Shown here piece after piece: positions 15,704 to 29,400 of a stretch of 64,000 nucleotides of DNA (position 1 is the stretch's first letter; each line of letters opens with the position of its first letter). The stretch lies in the NCBI RefSeq assembly GCF_009914755.1, contig NC_060926.1; one strand, written 5' to 3'. Under the pieces are notes generated by a model. That model saw only the letters and a program-made list of their open reading frames with translations. It ran no database searches and was not told the DNA's origin. Source of the stretch: the human T2T-CHM13v2.0 reference genome, Homo sapiens. Position numbers and translations under genes: made by a program.

Positions 15704-16489
15704 CTAGTTAGAAATGGCCAATAATTTAATATTAATCGGTAATATTGATCAGTAAAAGCACTGATGTGTGCTTTCTTGATTTGCTTCAATCTTCTTATTG
15801 CGCAAGTGGTTGGGACACTAACCATTATTTAGAAATCTAGTTATCAAGTAAATGAAAATTCTTAGGCTACATTCTACACATAAACACACTCATTTATGTT
15901 TTGGCCTTTGTTTCTAAGCTTATCTATTATTATAGAGTCACATTAAATGTGAATGGTTAGTCTAACCGTGAGATCACTCCTTAACCTAACCTTAGTTCTC
16001 CCTGCAGCTATCTTTAGGAAGAGAAACTCAAACACTTCATCCAGGTTGTTTTGTTTAAGCATATAACCAATTTTAAAGTTTATTTTAGTAGAGATGGTTG
16101 GACTTACAACTTTTGTGTTGCTTTTTAACTTGTAAATTTAGAAGGCTCTGAAGATTCTGGAAATAAAATTCTACTTATCAGAGACAACATCCCCACTTTT
16201 CTTTTTAGCTCCTGTCCTTTTATGTCTTTTTAAAACCCAACTCCAAGTAGACCCTTTCTTCTGTGAAGCCTTTTAATTATTTACTTCACCTGTTTCCAAT
16301 CATTTTGCACAGCATTCAAAAATTCACCTCAAAGTATATTTCACAAAGAGATAATTGCGTTATGTTATTCTTAAATTGTTTTATTGTTGATATCTTATCT
16401 GCAGCTAGGGTGAATGTTTATCAGGCAATAGGCCTTTCATCTTTAGAACTGAAGATATCTCTGATAACTACTTCTCTTCTGGAGAGAAG

Positions 16490-16895
16490 AATTATCAGCC
16501 AGGATTGTTTACTGTGGTAACAAACAATCCCCAAATTTCAGTAACCTACAGGAGCAAAGTTTTATTTCTCAATCACATAAATGTTCATTGCAGGGACTTA
16601 GATTCTGGTTCATGTCATCTTCAGCACTGGATACAGGTTGAGGAAGTAGCTACTATTCTGGTATACTGTTCATTTCATTATAAGGAGAAGGAGGAAACTG
16701 ATAAAACATGTCACTTCCACACTTATTTGGTCAAAGTAAGTCACAGAGTCATTCCTAAGTACATCAGAATGTGGCTGTATACTTCTTCCACATTGAGGAG
16801 CTGAAGCAATCTTATGGCCAAGCCTGAATTCCATGTTTAAGGAAGAGGTCATACATGATACTTTGAATTTAAAACAATAATGCTTTCTACCACAG
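16490..16895 (-). mobile_element. Old MLT1 (I/J/K/L-class) LTR
   Basis: ctgtggtaacaaacaatccccaaatttcagtaacctacagga...tttatttctcaatcacataaatgttcatt; ggtcaaagtaagtcacag. Confidence 0.6.
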
Positions 16896-17599
16896 AGGGA
16901 AAATATAGAAAGATAATGAACGTATATCAGTATAACTTTATCTAGCTATTTGTTCTAAATGGGTGAATTAACTTGATATTTCATTTTTCACAATTCTTTT
17001 TTTCTTAATGCGGGGAATCCTGACAATCTCGCATCCTCTCCAGCCTCATAGCCTAATATCTTGCCAATTGTTTCCTCCTCACTGTGGCTAGTTGATAAAG
17101 CATTACATAACAAATATATGTTTAACAATTACTATTTAATGAGACAGCTGCAAAAATACCTTATATCAGTTCCTCTTGAAATTGCAATTCACCAAGCATA
17201 GTTCCAAGTTCATTAAGGAAACACAAGAAAACTCAACATGGTACTTGATATTAAGCATCTTATAATTTTATAGGAAAGTTAAAGTACAAATAGCTGTAAT
17301 TCAGGGTGGAATGTGATGAATGCTTAACAAGAAATAAAAAAATGCCATAATAACACAAGATAGGAACCATTCACTCACAAATTTGGAGCCACTTAACTGC
17401 CCCAATTTTTGTCATTTCCATCTCTAAAGTTCCATTGATTCATATTTGTCTTCCTTCAATGTTCTTGAACTATTCTTTAATACCAGGACTCTTAATACCA
17501 TTTTCTTCTTTTGCACTGCAGGGTCAGGTTCATCATTTCTTCCCTCTCTCCTATTACTTTAATCTCTACCTTTTTGTTATTATGTTTTCTCCAACTTAC

Positions 17600-18750
17600 C
17601 ACTTTTCCCAAGTTTTCTTCCCCATCAATAATTCTTCTGAACATATATTTCACTTTCCTTATAGTTCTAAAGCTTCTTGAGCTAGAAGTCTCGATGTACT
17701 ACCTGTACTTCTGCAATTCTCATTCATGACTCCAACCACTGTAATCTGCCCCTGCTATCATCCTCAAAAATAAAAGGGCTTCTCGATGGCTAAATCCAAA
17801 AATTTACATTTCTGCCCTTCACTATTGAAACCTGTTGACCGCTCCTTATTTCTTTAAGCAATATTTTCTCTTAGTTTCTGAGACATCTCTAGTCTCAAAG
17901 TACATATTTTTAAATCAATTTCCATACTTTTAAATATTATTTTAATGTTGATGTGTCCTGTGGACCCACATTTCCGTTTACCACATGGATATCTTACATG
18001 CAATTAAAATGCAATAGGTTAAAAACTGACCCTGTCAACCTAAAAAGAAACTCACTCAGAGAGACAAGCTCTCCAGAATAAATGAATTTATTTTGGAATA
18101 GCAGAGAATTTCAATTCAGAGTACACAAGCAATGGCAGGTCATGGGCATATGCAGGGGGGCTGAGGAAAGAGGGCATCTTTTAAAGACAAAGAAAAGAAG
18201 TTCATGTAAGCTATTTTGAAACCAAAGGTTACAAAGACCGAAGGTAATAGGGGTTACAGAAGTTGGTGTTAGCTAATTTCTAGGTGAGTATCCTTGGGCA
18301 AGCAACTTACCTGGAATGCTACAATCTTGAAAAAGTTCTTGCTATAAGTTTTGTTCACAGTTTATGTGGAGGAATGTCTTTTGAGAAGTCCTGTTACAAA
18401 CATTCAAGCATGGGAGCTTCTTTCTCATGGCCTCTCTCAACTCTATTTTGTTAGAATTTGACACAAGTGGCTCCGTTTTACAACCCAAACGTATTCTTTC
18501 TTTAGTATTCTCTAATTTGACTAATGGGTTCACCATCCCTTCTAATCAAGAAACCCAAAAGATTTAGTGGACTTTTTACCACCTTCACACCTTCTCATTT
18601 CTAAAGAGTCACCACTATCTTTTCATTCTATTACAACATGACTTGTAATTCTTCCTGCTCCTTTCCTCTACTCTACTATAGTATGCCCAGTGACTAGTAA
18701 TGTCGGACATATACCAGATTCTCAATAAATATTTGTTGAATTAATTAACT
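17600..18750 (+). mobile_element. L2 fragments (interrupted by the LTR at 18033-18482)
   Basis: L2 motifs (ccactgtaatctgcc; ctgttgaccgctcctt; 3' end ctcaataaatatttgttgaattaattaa). Boundaries approximate. Confidence 0.6.
18033..18482 (-). mobile_element. ERV1-class solo LTR (MER31/MER67-like) nested in L2
   Basis: TG...CA ends (tgtcaacctaaa ... ccgttttaca) with a perfect 4-bp TSD ACCC (18029-18032, 18483-18486). Confidence 0.7.
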
Positions 18751-19069
18751 CATTACCACCTTTTGATGTTTCTTCCATGTAAAATGTCCTTCATTTGTTG
18801 TACTTGTACAAATAGCTCAAGTCACGCTTTCTCCTTAAAATGTTCCCTGACTCCAAAAAGAGGTACTTACTCCTCTGTGTTCCCATAGTACTTTGTTAAT
18901 AAGTCTATTATAGGTGAAAGTTATTTACCTTTTATGTTATATTTATGCTACTGTTTGCCTTATTTTTCCCATTAGACATTGACATTCTTAAGGACAGTCA
19001 TCAGAGTGCTATTTATTTTTGGTATCCTCACCGTCTTTGCAATGTTTAGGTGAATCAGCACAGGGTTGG

Positions 19070-19740
19070 ATATTGGGATGGATGTGAAGTTACTAAAAGC
19101 TTCACCGAAGAGACAGCATTTAAACAGTGCTGTTTTCAAAGTGGTTTCTGATTAAACTGAAAGTAAACAGCATTTTCTAAGAGTGCCCAGAAGGCTACCT
19201 TAGCTGAAATACAGGGACACTTTGGAGGAAGAATTCATGGCAAATAAGGGTGGGGTGGTAGATCAGAGATGATTGTGGGGTCTCCTGAATGACAGATAAA
19301 TGCATTCCTTTTTTTTCCTTTGGGCAGAGGTGAACTATATATGGTTTGTGAGCAGAGAGGTGTACCTTTCTCAAATTTATAGCTTTAGGAAGTTATTCAG
19401 ATGTCAGTATGTCATGTGAAATGGTACAAAGCCTGCAAAGGCTATTGGAAAAATATTGTGACAATCCAGAAGGGAAGAAATGTGTAAATGAGAAATAAAA
19501 AAAGAGAATGGTAAGGAGACACATTGTAAAGGTACCTTCCAAAGGACCAAGGAATGTGGCTGCTAGAGGATAAGGAAGAGAGACGATAACTGAGATTTCA
19601 AGCCTGAGTGACAGAAGGCGCGCTCCTGCTTTTAACAAGAGATAGGAAATACAAGAGGAAGCATGAGTTTGTGGGAGAAGATTATGAGTTCAATTTTGGA
19701 TATAGTGAGTTTGAAGAGCAAATATGAATCTGAACGTGAA
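19070..19740 (-). mobile_element. L2 fragment
   Basis: gatttcaagcctgagtgacaga...ggagaagattatgagttcaattttggatatagtgagtttgaag. Confidence 0.65.
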
Positions 19741-20460
19741 TATCAGCACCTACTTAAACTCTTCATATCAGGATTGCTTTCCTTTCCCTATTAAGTGACT
19801 TGAAGAACTGTCAGTTGGTCAGATATTCAAGACCAAATTCTTTCTGCTAACAGCAGCCTTTAATAATGACTGCCATTTTGACTGATTGGAAGATGCTATC
19901 CTAATGTGATCTAACAGTTGAAGCATAAAGTACCACTACCAGTGAAGTGAATAACAAAATTACAAGACATCAGAAATGTAACCCTATGAATTTTAAATAG
20001 AAGAGAATGCATGCTTCAGGATTATTTTTATATAATATGAGGGTAGTGTTAAGAACCAAATGGAAAAAAAATCCTTGTTTCCCCAAATTGATTAAAATTT
20101 TGATTTTTCACAGTATTTCCATTATGATATAAAGGTGACTGATGCTCATTTCCTATACTTTAGATCTTTTGAAATACATTAATTTTCCCTGCTGTGAAAA
20201 ATGACATTCAAAAACAGGGTTGTAGGGAGAGATGACAACTTTATTAGTCTGTCGTATAAAACAAGTTCTTCACTCTCTTCAAGATCTGTTTCTTTCTACA
20301 AGTGACAGTCTGACATATTCTATTATCAAATTCTAAGTAGCCTTGATAAAGCACCAATAAATTTATCCTTACAACTAAAAATAAAAAGGAATTCTATAAA
20401 TGCATACCTAGGAAAAAAATGTTAAGAGGCTGGTCATCAGAACGATTCTATTTGCCAGGT

Positions 20461-20755
<295 letters not shown>

Positions 20756-20990
20756 TTGCCAGGTATTTTTAAAGGACTCTTACACTGTGATTCCTGTGCA
20801 TGACTGATACTGTGACTATGGTCGTAGCAGGTATAGAGCTTCTACCAGTAGACTTTTCCACTATGGAGGAGAGTTTTGGTACGACCTACTTTTGTAAAGC
20901 ATTACTCAGACTAGAAATATTTTTAAATTTTCTTAGAGAACGATTACTCAACGCAGTGTAAAGTGATGGTTTAAAAACATATATGTTTCT

Positions 20991-21128
20991 ATATATTATC
21001 ATTTATGGATTATATCCATTTATAATCCATAAACGAGAATTCCAGTAGATAACTCTGGGGATTTTGGAATTTAATGAATGTGTATCAAATTAAGATCTGT
21101 GCATTATATCATTTATGCATTGAATATG
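20991..21128 (+). repeat. 138-bp dispersed duplication, copy 1 (copy 2 at 23544-23681)
   Basis: Ungapped manual alignment, 14 mismatches in 138 nt. Confidence 0.93.
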
Positions 21129-23543
21129 TTTGAGTTACCATAAAATCAACCAAACATGGTTTGATTGCTGCCTGAATGAGCTTCTAATCATTGGAAAACA
21201 ATTGGAACACAGCAGGGAAAGGTAAATACACAAAGAGAAAGTAATGGAATTAAATGCCCAGTGCTTCAGCTCCTGCCATCTGCTTTAACTTAGACTACAT
21301 GTAGTACCTAAACAGCTTGATATAGTTGAAAAAAAAACACATTTGTTAGCATGAATGCTGCCCCCAAGTAAACTTTCCTAGCCTGTTACATCCCAAAATC
21401 TGTTATACTCTTTTCAGATCGAAGCCTTAAACTCTGAAGCCCAATTACACAGAGGTGGTAAGGAAGGAGAGAGCTATATCTACTATTGCTCTTGGCCTCT
21501 CTCCAACTGCACCTCTTTGGTCACCCTAGGGAGGAGGGTTCCTGTGGGGAATTAGTGGGGGACAGGATTGGAAAGTTGGCAGAGACAAAATTCTTGTTGC
21601 TTTAAAATGCCATATCAAGGAATTGAATTTGTAATATCTTAATGCTTTCATACAGAAAAGGTTAAGAGTGATGAAAAAAATATTTAAAACAAATTTTTAA
21701 AAACCAAACGGCTAGACTCTCAAGAGTGGAAAGTTTGGAACCTACTATAACAATTCATGTGATCAATAAACTTCACATCTATTATAACAAGGCAAACGAT
21801 TCATAGTTAGCTGCACTTGTACTGACTGATTTCCTGTAAAGCATACTTTCATTATCTTTCATGCATGTTTGAAACCACCTATTCTGGTATGAGAGGGAGG
21901 AAGAGTTTCATAACATTAAAGAAACTCTACATCAAACTTAACTGACCCTAATTAGCCTAATGGATTAATGACATTTTAGTACTTATGATTTATAGTAAAC
22001 ACCTAAAAGCGGAAAAGGCTTCTATGATGTGTGATTGGAAGTAGCAGTTCTACAGGGAAAAGATGAAAACTCTCTGAACTCAAAGAAGATTCTTCAGGAA
22101 ACATAGATAGACTACATAAAATAATGCCTTTACTCCCAACATACTTTTTAAAAATTCTGTAGACAAAATGATTTTGCTGTTTCATATAAATATACTCCCA
22201 ACTCTCTCATGCCCTTTTTCCCTACCACTTGTCCAGTGTGACACATTGTCTTCTGATTATAATCATGCTGTATCACCCAGCTCCACTTTTTTTCCTTGAA
22301 GAAAATTCTGTTGCTGGATTGTCATTCTAAATGTTTTAATTCTATCAATTTCTATCTCTTCCCACAATAAACATCATTCTCACAATATATGAACATTTTT
22401 CCCCCAATTCTCTGACCTATATCTTGAAGGTTAGAATAATATAAACACATGATAAAAAGCTTTGAAAGCTTTTGTGCAGACATGGTGGTTAGAAAAAAAT
22501 GTTCTCCTTTTAAAGACAAGGATCTCAATATTGAGTTTTTCCTATCACAGCTTGAACTTTCTATGAAGTCTACGGAGCCTCCTCTTTAGTTACATAAGCA
22601 AACCATTAAAATGCTCTCTATCAGTCCCTTGTCATTAGCATATTTTTGAAATCACTTTTTTCATCATCGCACTAGTTATATGTTTCTTTCCTAAAATGTC
22701 ACATCTGTTCAGATATCCCATGTTCTTCTTTACTCACACCTGCAACCCACATTTCATTCTGCTTCCAACCCTATCTTTTCCTGTCTTTTCTTATCAAACT
22801 TTTCTACTATAATATCTCCTCTGATTTCCTAGTCTGTGGTCAAGAAAAACCTCTCTACCTCTTTGCTTCATTAATACTTGGTGTTCTCTCACAATAAGGC
22901 CCAATAGGTCATTTTCACAAGTAGAGACTTCATTTTTCTTTTCTCAGCATAAGGAGAAATTTATTTTTGTTCCATTTCATCCTACCTCATGCTACTCATC
23001 TCAGGTTAGCATAAAGTAGTTCACCCTGTTTTGAAGCAAAATTTCTACCCATATCAACTTAATCTCACCTCAATCAACAACCTCTGGGCCATCCTTCCCT
23101 ATTTTTGGAAAATAGTACCTAGTCCATAGTTACCCTCTTTCCACTATTACTATTATCCTGAACGAATGTAAAAGATGGTCCATCTACTTTGATTAGAATC
23201 TAATTCAGTCTTTGATTCCTTGTACTCCAATGACAGAAATTCAAGTCAGTTTAGAAACTAATTCACATAATCACACCATGGACCTTTGTAATTAGCTGAA
23301 ACCCTTATACCTCTAAGAATCTAAATTCTGAAATTCCCATTTCTGCCTATATCTTAATTTTACAATTCTTTATCACCTCTACTCTCTTTCATATCCCCTT
23401 AATCAAAAATCTTCACCAGAATTCCTCAATACTTATGTTGTTCAACTTCGCCCTTTTGGATTTGCTTCTCACCTTCCACAACAGAACCCCGTACTTTAAT
23501 TATTTCACGTGCTGTTGCCTGGCCCCTTAGTCCTATTGTATAT

Positions 23544-23681
23544 ATATATTCTCATTTACAGATTATATCCATTTATAATCCATAAATGAGAATTCCAGTG
23601 GACAACTCAGGAGATTTTAGAATTTAATGAATATGTATCTAATTAAGATTTGTGCATTACATCATTTATGCATTGAAAATG
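23544..23681 (+). repeat. 138-bp dispersed duplication, copy 2
   Basis: Same alignment as copy 1; offset 2553 bp. Confidence 0.93.
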
Positions 23682-23789
23682 CTGTGTTCCTTTATCATGG
23701 GCACACCTCTTGGCAACCTCTCACCTTGTATCAAAGTACTGTCTCAACTTAAAGACTGTATATGAAGAAAAAGAAGAAGTTTGGTCTAA

Positions 23790-23955
23790 CATGGACCAGA
23801 ATCTTCTTCTGCAACTCACTACTAGTTTTGTAATGCTGCGAGCTTCAGTTTTCTTGTCCGTAAAATGAAGATAACTTTTCTTTTCATATTATAGGAGGTT
23901 ATAAAAGCCACATGACATAAATACCCTGGCTCAGGGCAGACACTTGATAATGATT
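23790..23955 (+). mobile_element. MIR
   Basis: ctcactactagttttgtaa...gagcttcagttttcttgtccgtaaaatgaagataa core. Confidence 0.65.
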
Positions 23956-24903
23956 CTCCTTGCTTCTACCTCCTTCTCCACTTAAAGAGGGTCTGTAACC
24001 TACTCACATTTTAACTGTATCTCAATATTCTTCCTCGGCTCTTTTTCTCATTCTCTACAATAATTTATTTCAATGTTTTCTTTAGACATATGCCCCCACA
24101 CCTGGTTCCTGATTCTCAACATGTGGCATGCCCTCTTTCTTTCCTTTTTCTAGTTAAAAGACTCTAAATCATGAGGTTATGAACTCCCTCAATTTTCTTT
24201 CCACACTTATTTAGATATTTTCCCCTGCTATCTCAGGGGAAGAAGTAACTTCTTTTCAAGGTCAAACTGTCTATCACTAATATTGATTTTATCATATTTT
24301 GCCTCTGCTAAGATGATATTCTATCAATGATTTCTTCTCTGGCATTAATAATCTCTCACCTCTGGATCATGTCCCCACTCAACTAATCTGCTTCATCCTT
24401 TAAAAGAATTAAAAATAAAAATATACATTTCTACCCCTCACCTCAGTACTGAATGTTGAAAACTCTTTTTTCAAAGGTCAAAAATGATCTGGTCATTGGC
24501 AAATACTGACCCTTCATTTGGTTCTTATCTCTGCAGTTTCCCACAATATTGCCCAGAACCTCTCTTTTAACTATCTTCCCATGGTGTCTATAATGCTTCC
24601 CTTCCAGGTTTATTTGCCCCATAGTTTCCTGAGTAACCTTGTTTATCCATCTTTACCAGGTCCTCTTCTGCAATTCCACCACAAATCTCTCCATATTAAA
24701 CTGACATTATGTAAATAAAATGGAATTCTACCCATTTTTTTCAGTAGAGTTGTTTTTAGAAAAAGAAGTCATGACAAAATTTTAAAGTTATTGCTATGTG
24801 TCCACTCCCATCCATGTCCTTAATCCAGTCTCTACCATGTCTCTCATTTTGATTGCTGTGCTGTGTATTAAAACAGCAGTGCTCACCATAACATGTATTG
24901 ATC

Positions 24904-25130
24904 TTTTTTCCTATGTTTATTGAGGTATAATAGAGAAATTATATAAATTTATGGTGTACAATGTGATGTCTTGATATACATACATATTGTTAAGTTATTA
25001 CCACAATCAAATTAGTTAACACATTTAACACCTCACCAAGAGAGTGAGAGAGAGTGTGTGTGGTGAGAACATTTAAGGTCTACTCTCTTGGCAAATTTCA
25101 AGTATACAATACAGTATTGTTAACTATAGT
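24904..25130 (-). mobile_element. L1MA8/9-type 3' end
   Basis: tttattgaggtataat...gtggtgagaacatttaaggtctactctcttggcaaatttcaagtatacaatacagtattgttaactatagt. Confidence 0.8.
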
Positions 25131-25262
25131 ATGATCTAACATATATGTAATGTTAAAAAGTTGCATTCATAGAAGCAGAGAGCAGAATGGTAGCTACCAG
25201 GGGCTGGGGTGGAGGAAATGGAGAGACGTTTGTCAAAGAGTACAAGCTTTCAATTTTAAGAC
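25131..25262 (+). mobile_element. L1MA8/9-type 3'UTR segment, inverted relative to its neighbour
   Basis: catagaagcagagagcagaatggtagctaccaggggctggggtggaggaaatggagagacgtttgtcaaagagtacaagctttca. Confidence 0.8.
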
Positions 25263-25730
25263 ATATTTCTCTTTGTTTATGGATGCCATTTTATTGAAAA
25301 ATCTAACGTGTTTATTTCTCATAGGCATACGTTAGAGCAAACTATAATAACACAATTCTGTTGAAGGGATGAGCAAATGAAGTCATACTTGGGCCAAGTC
25401 TCTATACTATCCCTAAACTTCTTGATACTTTCAGGTCTACTCGTAGCTGAATGTTCCACTTCCAGGCTTTTAGTCCCCATCCTCTGTGCTTGCTCCAGAT
25501 CGCATTAGAGTCCTGGAGGGATTTTCACTTTAATGGAGGCATTGTCAGTTTCAGAGATTAAGGTGGGCTATTACTGGGATAATGCATCACATCTGATTGG
25601 AGGTCTCCAGAATGTAGACTAAAGTTGAGGACATTCTTCAGTGAGGTTGCTCTAATATATATACTCGACAGGGAAAATGTGTTGTCCCTGTGTAATGACA
25701 GCCTACTCAGTGTTTTAAGAAGCATATGTT

Positions 25731-26030
<300 letters not shown>

Positions 26031-26136
26031 TAGTATATGTTGCTCATTAGTATTTGCTTGGTTTCAGGAAGATAAATTCATATAAGCCAACAATATAAAT
26101 TATAACACATAAGATATGAAACAATATAGATTATAA

Positions 26137-26478
<342 letters not shown>

Positions 26479-29400
26479 TGAATTATATATATCTTATATG
26501 TAGTTCATTGCTAGACCTTCTCCTGTCTTCTCTTTGGGAATATTTCAGTCTCATTGTTCTCTCCTATTGGGTCTCTCCTCTTTTGCATAAAATTGATATA
26601 TCAGGTAACAGATTCATACAGCAATCAGATATTAGTGATTCTTTACACAGGAGATTTGATGTTCAAGAATCATATACAAAGGTGATTAGGGACCTAAATT
26701 TCATGCTGTATTATGTTTCGTCTCTATTATAGAAATTGTATAAACAGCCTGCAGTGTGTTCTATTTCCTTTCCATGGCCAAATGGGACAAATAGTGATTT
26801 CAACTTTCCTTGAAGCATCATGCCAGTGTAAGAAACAAGTCTCTATCATTTAAGCTGCAAATTTAAACAAGATCAGACTTTCTTTCCTAAAACAAAAAAA
26901 TCAAACTGTATATAGTCAAGGATACAACAAAAGCTTGAGGGAAAACAGAATAAAACAAACAAGGAATCTTCCTGTTTAACATTATTTGAAATATATCTCT
27001 GGGAATTGTTTTAAACCAAATTTTAAGACTCCAATTTTTTGTTGAGAATACAAAGGTAGGTGTCAAGGTCAGCACATAAGGCCTTTCTCTGTGCTATTTA
27101 TCCGCATGCCTGGAGAGGATTACATGGATTTCAGAGACTTAGTCCCAAGAAATTTACAATTGAGGGCAAAAGAATATGTCATTTGACTATGTACAGTGTT
27201 TTATAATATCATGACTTCTTGATAAAAGGATTAAGGAAATGGGATATATGTATATATTTTGCCAACATGTAGTAGAAAATCCCAACTCTTCCTCTGCTAT
27301 CACTGTTCACTTCCCCCCACCCCAAATAAATGCCATGACATTCTGTCACCCAGGCTGCTGTTTTTAAGATTAGAAATAAAACTTGTATTGAAATGGAGCT
27401 ATTCAAATATATGTACCAGCAAATGGGGCTACCTGCATTTCCTGATGCTCTGCAATGACAAAGCAGTATTCACAAGGGAAGGAAAACCATGATGAATATT
27501 TTAGGTAGCTCCAAGTCTCTGGGAAAATCAGAGAGTATACCAAAGAATGTAGTAAAATTGTATGTTTTTAATATTTATGAAATCCTGGTGAGGTTAAATA
27601 TGCCTCCAGACTGGTACTTTCTTAATACAGGGAAATAATTGCTTCAGAAAAAAATTGCTTTCAGAATAAACTATAATACTGAGGAATTTGTTTGGGCAAT
27701 TTTATAATATCTTTAATAAAATGTCACTTTCTAACAACCAACAGATACAAAGATAATAGGGCAGTGCTATATGGCAAAGCAAAAATATAGAATTACAGTT
27801 TTCCTTTCATGATGCTACTGATTACATGAGACATAACTAAAAGGCAATGAAACTGATCACAAGAGCCACACATTGTATAGTTAAACCTTATAATGCAGAT
27901 TATCCTCTCAGAACAATACCAAAGGTAGTGTATTTGTGTGTGGGATCAAAGGTAATAAATTATTTATTAACGTGAGAAATAGAAATATATTAAATTGTTA
28001 AATAGGCTGTCCATGGCAGGGAATGTTCAATTTATTAATTATCCATGTAAAGAACTAGAGAGAGAGAAATCTTAGAGCAAAGACCCCAATCTATCAGAAC
28101 AACGGCTCTTACTTCCTAATTTAAAAGCTCTTTCAATGAGGGAGATGATTTTGCTGATGGGAGTGCAAACTGGGAAGGAGAGGCCTTCTTTAATAAAGAG
28201 GCAGAGGTGGAGAAGGTGAGCAATTTACTTTTGCTGCATACCTTTTTTTATCTGCTTCCAATGATGAATGGAAACAGAAGATTTTTCAGATTTTACTTTC
28301 TCATAGCAACAGTATCATAAATCATGGTTATATTTGAAAGAATGTGAATGATTCCTTCAACTAAAGATCATTTAGCAACAATCTTTGAGCGCACACTATG
28401 TGCACAAAACTGAACCATGTTCCAGGGATATGGAGGCAAGTAACACAGACATGGTTTTTATCCCTGAGCTTGTCAGTCTAATGAAAGCCAAAGCTAGAAA
28501 AATTAGAATATAGTAGGATCTAAGGCTATAACAGAACGTAGAAAGTCAGTGAGGAGCAGTGGCTGGCAATGGGGTTAAGAAGGTAGGTTGAGGCCAGCTT
28601 GGCAAAGAACCTACCTTGAGTTATAGGATAAAGAGATTGGATTTTATGTTATGGGCAACTTGTAAACACTGCCTTTATGCCAATTATGTTAAATGAACTT
28701 CCAAAAGTATCTGCTTGGCAGCAATATACCAGGAAGGGAATCTAGAAATGACTCTAAAAAAATCCAGAATGATTTTCCTCAGATCAAATTCCCAAGTAAG
28801 CAAATTTGTCCAAAATCTATTTGCCAGAGGTTAAAATTAATCCTTACAATAAAATATATCTGATGATACACTGCACAGGACAGGGAATTTTAGGAGTTAC
28901 CAGCTTATGAACATGAACCTCTCGATATTTCATGAAAAATAAAAAGTATGCCTGTTCACATTCATCCTTTACCAGCTGATACCTCTAGCTCTTGTTGCCT
29001 TACAAACTTGTTTTTCTAAAATATTTGGTATCATAAACTCTTTTATCAAATAGAACGGAGTGAAGCAGAACAGCAACAACTCTAAATTTCTCAAAAATAT
29101 GCAAAATGCTGGAGAGGCAGCCTGCACCTGCAGCCCCAAAAGCAAATGTGTTGAATAATCAGGGATCCCAAACAGAGCTGCACTAGAGTAATTTACTCAG
29201 CTAATCATTATATGAAATAGAACATTAGATTTCTGCAACAAAGTTGCATCAAAGTAGATGCATACCTCATTCGATTAACTAAAACATCACAAAATCATTT
29301 AGCTCATTAGATGGTTTTTAATAAGCACTCCTTCCTGGGAGAGGGCACTGTGTCTTTTATTTATTTCTTGTGCTTGACGTTTCTGGCACATGGAGATGTG

